A stretch of 42,293 nt of DNA from assembly GCA_002256025.1 (NCBI GenBank), contig NKIB01014596.1, positions 1 through 42,293 of the forward strand, read 5' to 3'. Positions 35,905 to 42,293 of the stretch are shown piece by piece; the stretch's first letter is position 1, and each line of letters starts with the position of its first letter. Both the position numbers and the translations under genes were made by a program. The notes under the pieces were generated by a model that searched no databases, was not told the DNA's origin, and saw only the letters and a program-made list of their open reading frames with translations. The stretch comes from Asterionella formosa (lineage: Eukaryota).

Positions 35905-36432
35905 TACCAGGTACCGGTAGTACCAGGTACCAGGTAGCTATTACTTTTGTAGAATGATGCGGGTAACAATAAAGAAAAGAAAACCATCTGCCCTCAGGTG
36001 CTCGCGTATTTCGCCTTGCGACGTCACAAGTATTCTTGTGGTGAAAGAAGCAACATGTAAAAAGCAGGAGTAGGAACAAAGTACCGGGTACCGGTACTAC
36101 CCGGTACAAGCATCAAGAATTGATTTCGAACTATCCTCATCAGTCATGAGGGTAACACATGTACCGGTATGAATACAGGTATACCGGAACTACCGGTACC
36201 GCTATGTGGATTTTATCGTTGTACCTGGTACCTGGTACCAGGTAGAGTGGTTCTTTCTTATGATCCGGTATATCGGTACATCCTTATGGCGACGCATGCT
36301 GGTATCCTCGTCACCCTGCTACCTGGTACCTGTACAGGTACAAGAAGCTTACCAGTTATCTGCCTGATCGCACCAGGTACCAGGTACCAGGTACCCACCC
36401 TGGTATGATACCTGGTACCTGGTACCAGGTAC
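35905..36432. repeat. Dense cluster of TACCTGG/CCAGGTA heptamer arrays and TACCGGTA palindromes
   Basis: Examples are ACCAGGTACCAGGTACCAGGTACC (~36372-36395) and TACCTGGTACCTGGTACCAGGTACCA (~36409-36434). Similar arrays occur at ~7186, 25344, 28775 and 29305. Confidence 0.9.
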
Positions 36433-36586
36433 CACAATACTTATCGGGTGCTTATGAAATACGGTCCAACATAAAAATAAAATATTGGCTTATTGGGAAT
36501 CAATACACATTCAAACGACCCTCATTGGTATTGTAAGTCGTTTGTAAAATGAAAAAACTATTATGGTATTTCTCGGAACTACCGCC

Positions 36587-39093
36587 TTATGCAAGGTAGT
36601 TGTAAACATTGGTATTGTCAGTGCTGCGTTCTAAATACTCCCGCTCAATCAGAGCCTCAATACGTCGTTTGATGACGCGAGGATTTGGCTTGAAAAATGC
36701 AAGCTGGGAAAGTACTTCCACGATCAACTGTTGGTGCTGTAACGTTTTTCGAGCCTTCATGATGCGAACAATTGCAGCTTCAATGGCGATCGATCGATCT
36801 TCCTCAACTCGCTTGTTGTTGTGAGAAGCATCCAGAGCAGCCATTGGAATTCGAATCTTTCGCATGTTGGAAGAGAACTTTGCATTGGAACAGAACTTGT
36901 CTGTCTTGTTAATCTTATTACTGGCAGGGACCTTCTGTATCACCTTGTACTTTCCGCAAGACAAAGAATGCATTAGCGGCTTCAGGATGGCTTCGTCTAA
37001 GTTGAGGAGTTCTGAGAGTTCATCAAAGGTTAATGTCTTGCCCCCATTGAAAGCATCCAAAGCTATAGCTTGCAACGTCGTGAGCTGCAAATCGTAGGTC
37101 TTCTTCCCAAAATGGCCCCGTACCGAGGCATTTCCGAGGGAGTGGACCCAAGTAAGTTTTCGCTTCTGGTGCTTATTGTCGTGCCAATCACGGAACAAAT
37201 CCATGCACTTGGACATGTCAGGGGTAAGTGCAACTTCAGGACTTTTGTAAGTGGGCCAGAAGCCAGTGGTCAACACCTGAACGCTGAAGTCAAGTTTAGC
37301 ATCTTGCTGCTTCATTCTGGCTTCAAATTCATTTCGTTGATCCACTCCAACAGCAAGATCCGCCAACATACCCTCCATCTTGGAAGTAAAGTGAGTGCCG
37401 CACTGAACCTTGAGTTTGGCGATCATGACCTTCTCGGAATCATCACCAGCGGACCGCTGATTGAGAAGGCGTTTGGCGAGCTGATTGCGGTAAATTTCGG
37501 CAAAAAGGTCCTTGTCGGTGAGGTAAGAAAACAGTTGAACGATCCGGTCCAAACTCTCTTCGACTTCTGTTTCGCTGAGCTTTTCACCGCCACTCTTCAA
37601 GACACGGTCGCAGAAGGTCGACATTAACTCAGCATTCGAATGAAGTCCGATGTCCTTATTGACGATCTCTACAAAGGCATCCTTGAGAGCTTTCTGAAAC
37701 AAGGAATGTCCCGAGAAGTCTGACTTTACCACAGCCAAGTACTTGTCGTGGTGTTCAATCAAATCCTTGACAAACTTTGGGTCATCAGGTTTGTCCTTTT
37801 CACCTGCGTTCAATCGAGCTTGTCGCCTGTTAATAATTTCAATCCCCATGTCGCAGATGAAATTCTCCACAATGGATGCCATCGGATTTAAGCCGTTTTC
37901 AAGGCGGGAGAATAAACGGAACATTCGCTGCAAATCTTCTGACTTGTCATTGGCCAGCAGTACCTTGCATCCAGAGCCTTCCTTCTCTAACAAGACCATT
38001 TCGACCTTCTCCAAAATTTCTTCTTCGCAAACCTTGAGCAATTTCGCTTCTGATGATTGATTCAAGTAATCTGCCACACGATTTCGCTCTTCGTTCAATG
38101 CCGCTTCTGCCTTGATCAAGTAATCCGGCGTAGAGTCTGTTGAAATCCATTCTTGCCGTTTCCTAGCATAGAATTCTCTAGCTGCCTCCAACATGGGCTG
38201 TTCCAAATCGGAATTATAAGCATCTAGCGATCCCATCCCCATGGATTCAAAAAGCTCAATAATTGACTTTACCAAAGACTTGTCAATAATTTCACCTTCT
38301 CGTTCCGAATTGACCAAAGTCAAGATAGCATCTGTCGCATCTCGCTTGGTTTCTTCGTAAATATGAGTCCGAAAGGATCGAAGGCCCGCTTGACTCAGAG
38401 TCGGCAACGTGTGATGCTTGACATAATATCTATCTAAATAGACGAAAAATTTCTTGAGCCATTTGTTCATGAGTTGATGATTGGTCCATCGCACCTTGAG
38501 CTCCTGCAACAAAATGGTCCCACCTTGTCCTGTCTTTTCGCGGAGTGCAGGTAAGACAGTCGAAGTGAGATAGGATTCAATCGTTTCTCCGTGTCTTGTG
38601 TAGAGCTCCCGAGACCAATTGTACGGAGATCGCTGTGTGCACATATCATAGCAGGTGCTATGAGGGTTTTGGGGGGAGGGGGAAGAACGGGTTCGATCAG
38701 AAACATGGTCCGGCTTCCAGGAAATCAAAACAAATCAAAACGCAGCATTGCAAGTGTCGTCGCGGCAGGACAAATCAGCTAAACTTTACTTACGTATAAA
38801 TGCTAATATATTCGTCAGAACCGAACTTGCTGTAAGATAATCCTCCATTCAGCATTTCCTCCAACTTGTCGATTGCCTGCGTGTATAATGACAAAGGGGA
38901 GGATGTGAGTGAGGCACCTCTGCAGTCATAGAGTTCCGTGGCGGCCAGTACTTGCGCTACGAGACTCGCGCTGCTGTACAAAGTCAACATCAAATCATCC
39001 CCCATCAAGCCGACAGAATTTGCGCACCTTGTTGACATCATTCCATCCGTCCTCCAACGGAATAATGCGTTGATTCTGATTGGTAGTAGTCAT
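36587..39093 (-). CDS. CUL1: Cullin (CUL1-like), 3 exons (39093-39028, 38876-38794, 38657-36587)
   Basis: Spliced start MTTTNQNQRIIPLEDGWNDVNK|AIDKLEEML...YISIYT|TCYDMCTQR, then YLDRYYV, DKDLFAEIYRNQLAKRLL, neddylation motif AAIVRIMKARK and IEALIEREYLER. Confidence 0.95.
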
Positions 39094-39645
39094 GTTCTGG
39101 TTGATGCTTGTTGGAGAAGCGGAACGTTGGATTGTCGGGTCCGAAATGATGATGGAGGCTCAATCAAACATCCATATGTAGTAAACATGCAATTCATTCA
39201 TGGGTGTTTATTTACTGCCTACACTACCGGTATGTATTATACATGTTATATCACGCAGGTCGATGTAATCTGATATGGGATTTTTAGAACGAAGCAAGCC
39301 GTGATGATGGATCTGTAAATATACCGGTAATATATTCATTCATGTGCAGTATAAATACATCTGGAGCCCATTTACCGGTATATGTAATTATGTACTCCAA
39401 GAGAATCTCCAGAAAGTCACCGGCAGTGGAAATAATTAATTTAATCCCGTATCGGAATCCTGAATTACCCGGTATTCGGTATGAATACCCAAAAATACAA
39501 AGCGGGAGCAGCAAACACCTGAATGAATTGCTGACAATTGCATGATCACTATGCAACGTTTTGAATGTTAACGAATGTTTATTTTTTTATCATCATGAAC
39601 ATCACACTTTTTGCAAAATAATATAATTCAGAAAAATTCTCGACA

Positions 39646-40230
39646 ATGCAACCTTGTCTCATGGGAGCCTTCCAAAACACGCAACCATTTCTCATGGTAG
39701 CATTCGACATCGAATATGAAAGATGTGTCGACGTCGGTTCGTCCTTTCTCTACTCTTTCTTCATGATACTTCCTAGTGTCTTGTTCTGTTTGGTTTTGTT
39801 TGCCTTCCGCCAAATTGGTCGAGAAGGCAAGAAGGATATTGCCGAAATGCCTATCGATATAGATGATGGAATCAAAAAACCAGAGCTTAACCGAGAATAC
39901 AAATCAGAGGAGACAGTTCCAAATTGGGTGTTGTTTGTTCTCTGTGGTATGGCTCCTGCGGTCTTTCTTTTCTGTTGTGCCTTTGAAAGTCTTGGCTCTT
40001 TCTTTCGTTCAACCGGTTCGACTTGGTTCGTCACCGATGTTCTAAAGGTGCGCTTTGCTCGACCCAGGCCTCACGCATACAACAAATTGCAAAAATGGGG
40101 TTTTGATATCAAGACCAAGAAATGTACCGGTAAAGATGGCAAAGGTCCACAAGAATTGTGGGATGCATTCAGATCATACCCCTCAGCCCATGCCTCCCTA
40201 TCGTTTACCACCATGGTCCATCTTTCTTAA
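39646..40230 (+). pseudogene. Truncated PAP2/lipid-phosphate phosphatase fragment
   Basis: Motif C1 KVRFARPRP and motif C2 FRSYPSAHAS are present. The frame stops at 40230 before the C3 SRxxxxxH motif, and the sequence then runs into the SNW1 remnant. Confidence 0.7.
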
Positions 40231-40298
40231 CAAACCGAGATGTACCGAATTAAAAATAGGTAAAAAGCAAAACGAAAGTTGAGCTTTCATACCCATTA

Positions 40299-41320
40299 AT
40301 TTACAATCTCGAATCAATTCGACCACCACCACCGGTCCCAGTATGAACGCCCAGGGCAATTTCTTCAGACTCATCTCACTCCTGTTCCATACGAGCCTTT
40401 TGGCTTGCATTTTATTTTCGAGCCTCACCTCCTTGACCCGCTCCTTCTTACGTTCCAACCGTAAGCGTTCCCGTTGCTTGGCTGCAACTTGCTCGTCGTT
40501 ATCGTCCTCGTCATTACTTGTATCATTGTCGGATTCATCTGATGGAATGGGCAGTTTGGTAGGGATATTATTATTATTGCTCATATTCTTGATGTTTTTA
40601 TTTGTTTCCATAACAACAACAGCACCACTACCACTTCGTTTCATCCTTGCCTGTTTGGCCAATTGTCGCAATTCTTCTTCTCATTTCTTGAGTGGCCAAT
40701 TGATTTTGTACGTGAGCTCTCAATCCTACTTCTTGTCGAGCTTGCTTTTCAGCGACATAACAACTTTCTGAAACTGTCGCAAAGTTGGCATTGATAGAAG
40801 AATGCTCCTTAAGGCCACGTCCATCAGCTGCCAATCGTTTGTCAAGTAGAATGGTATATCCACGGGAATTTTTCCATTTGGTGATACAGGCTGGAACATC
40901 CCATGCGTCTCGTTCTTCTTTGCTTAGTTTTTTCGGTGGTGCATGCATGCAAAACTGGAACTGGATCTTCGGCAGGACTAGCGGAGGCCTTGATATGCTT
41001 GTGTTTGGGTGGCATCTAATAATGTAACAAGGTGAATGTTTGTAAGCTGCCAACGACCGGGGCTGGAACAACTTCTTGTGTTGCTCTGGAGTCATACGAG
41101 ATGCCTCCGATGCGGCACGACACCGACCTTCATATGATGGCGAATGAGAAGTAGAAGTAGAAGCAGACGCTGAAGATGGGATACCGGTAGCACACAGAGC
41201 TGCTAGTTCCATTTTTGGTTCTGATTCCAGAAGAAGAAGAAGGAGCAGCGCGTCGAGGAGCCGGAAGTGACAACAAAGCCATTCCTGTGGCGAGGAGATC
41301 GAGGGAGAAGACAAGGGACA
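40299..41320 (-). pseudogene. SNW1: Degenerate SNW1/SKIP (Prp45) splicing factor copy
   Basis: SNW domain WDVPACITKWKNSRGYTILLDKRLAADGRGL is clear. Frameshifts occur at ~40685 and ~40400. The distal frame reads KARMEQE*DESEEIALGVHTGTGGGGRIDSRL*, with stops at 40376-78 and 40301-03. The 5' limit is approximate. Confidence 0.85.
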
Positions 41321-41784
41321 ATGTCAACAGAACAACAAGGCAGAGAGAGAGTCAAATGATGACAAGACGGTGAGCGCAATAGCATACCGGTAGACTACCG
41401 GTAGGTATTAAAAATATTCTGGCAATGATATGGCTCATGTTGCTTGTGCGTTCCTCGATTGCACGACATAAACAGCTGCAGCGCAAATCACGACGAACCC
41501 AATCATCGCCGAACACAGATAAAAACGTTTATTGAACAATGATTAATTCTACTACCGGTACCGGTAATGTATCGCTATATAAATTTATTTCATACAATTT
41601 CATAACCTGTTGGTTTACTGCTGGTACCTGGTAACGGTTCGCTGTCCGGTATAAATCCACAGGTTGTTCAACATACATGCCGGTATATGTAATGGTCATA
41701 CATATTGTCACCAAAATGTGGCCGTTCACTATTGAATGACTTAACCTGAGGGCCGTTCTTATCATTCTGTTATTTGTTGTCATT

Positions 41785-41975
41785 GGTGTATCATCGCCGA
41801 AATATGATACAAAAATGGCGGTTTGGTTTTTTTTTGTGTATCACCAACGGTTTTTTTGGTCTGATCACCGGTGTATCATGGGTGTATCACTGATACAGTT
41901 TTTGGACCCCTGACCAATGCTGTATCACTGATCAAGCCGTTGATCACTGTGTATCACGTCCGTTGCCACTGATAA
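41785..41975. repeat. Cluster of TGTATCA(C)/TGATACA/TGATCAC short repeats around TTTTTGGACCCCTG, a possible hAT-like terminus
   Basis: About ten motif copies in both orientations within 190 bp. The reverse complement CAGGGGTCCAAAAA (41912-41899) resembles an hAT TIR start. Confidence 0.55.
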
Positions 41976-42159
41976 AATAACTGTAAATACGCAAGCACAA
42001 CACTATTAAATATTGCGCCAACTATTTTTTGTTATATATATACTACGGTACTCTGTATACATTACCTTTCAGCTTCGTGAGTCATACAAGAATCAGTAGT
42101 CCGCTCATCTCTATACCAATCTTCCAACATCGACTATAGTATCTCGATTAATTGGCGCA

Positions 42160-42293
42160 ATGAGCAGCAAAGTAGTGGGTACGGCTGAAACTTCTGATGC
42201 TGCCTCTATTCGCATTGATTCGGAAGAGAAGCAATGCGTTGTAGCTGATGAGGACGTCGAAGATATTGTTGAGTTGTCTACTGCTGATCCAAC
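42160..42293 (+). CDS. Possible 5' start of an unidentified gene running off the window
   Basis: ATG followed by an open acidic frame MSSKVVGTAETSDAASIRIDSEEKQCVVADEDVEDIVELSTADP up to the window edge. Confidence 0.4.
   Translation, partial: MSSKVVGTAETSDAASIRIDSEEKQCVVADEDVEDIVELSTADP

Noticed and set aside
35905..36432. CRISPR-like array
   Set aside because: The units are 7-bp microsatellite repeats without regular unique spacers, the context is eukaryotic, and there are no cas genes.
36609..38150. Antisense and alternative-frame ORFs overlapping real genes (here and throughout the window)
   Set aside because: These are shadow ORFs of coding sequence with no independent motifs.
38658..39027. 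snoRNA or structured RNA in the longer cullin introns
   Set aside because: No convincing C box (RTGATGA)/D box pair with terminal stem, and no H/ACA layout, was seen.
27165..39093. A PHD-VHL-cullin oxygen-sensing ubiquitin-ligase cluster
   Set aside because: The VHL-like P4H proteins have signal peptides and no recognisable BC-box/alpha domain, and the cullin is an ordinary cytosolic CUL1-like gene. Proximity is probably coincidental.
40376..40378. In-frame TGA in SNW1 as selenocysteine or readthrough
   Set aside because: It aligns to an expected Arg and co-occurs with frameshifts and a TAA stop, which indicates decay.

Overview
Eukaryotic nuclear DNA, most likely a pennate or araphid diatom. 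This rests on short 75-150 nt GT-AG introns, bipartite plastid-targeting peptides with ASAF-like motifs and a nuclear-encoded plastid uL10. The first ~15 kb is mostly decayed transposon sequence: a Plavaka/CACTA-like transposase tail, a repeat family with AACGCATC...GATGCGTT ends, and a hairpin MITE. Two genes sit in this part, a TMEM144-like transporter and a GT92-family glycosyltransferase. From 15.7 to 39.1 kb the window is gene-dense: a HemA-like protein lacking its NADPH domain, a coiled-coil protein, DUF179/AlgH, IMP2 peptidase, a COMT-like methyltransferase, plastid rpl10, a pogo-like MITE, two secreted prolyl-4-hydroxylase-like genes each with an N-terminal VHL-beta-like domain, a Cys-less glutaredoxin, a divergent paralog pair around a fold-back element with telomeric hexamers, a plastid PDZ protein and a cullin. 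The end holds tail-to-tail PAP2 and SNW1 pseudogene fragments. The best leads are the VHL-like plus P4H 'reader-writer' fusions, the reductase-domain-less HemA paralog, and about 30 copies of TACCGGTA plus (TACCWGG)n arrays that may be transposon excision scars. All family assignments come from motif recognition by eye; no database searches were run.
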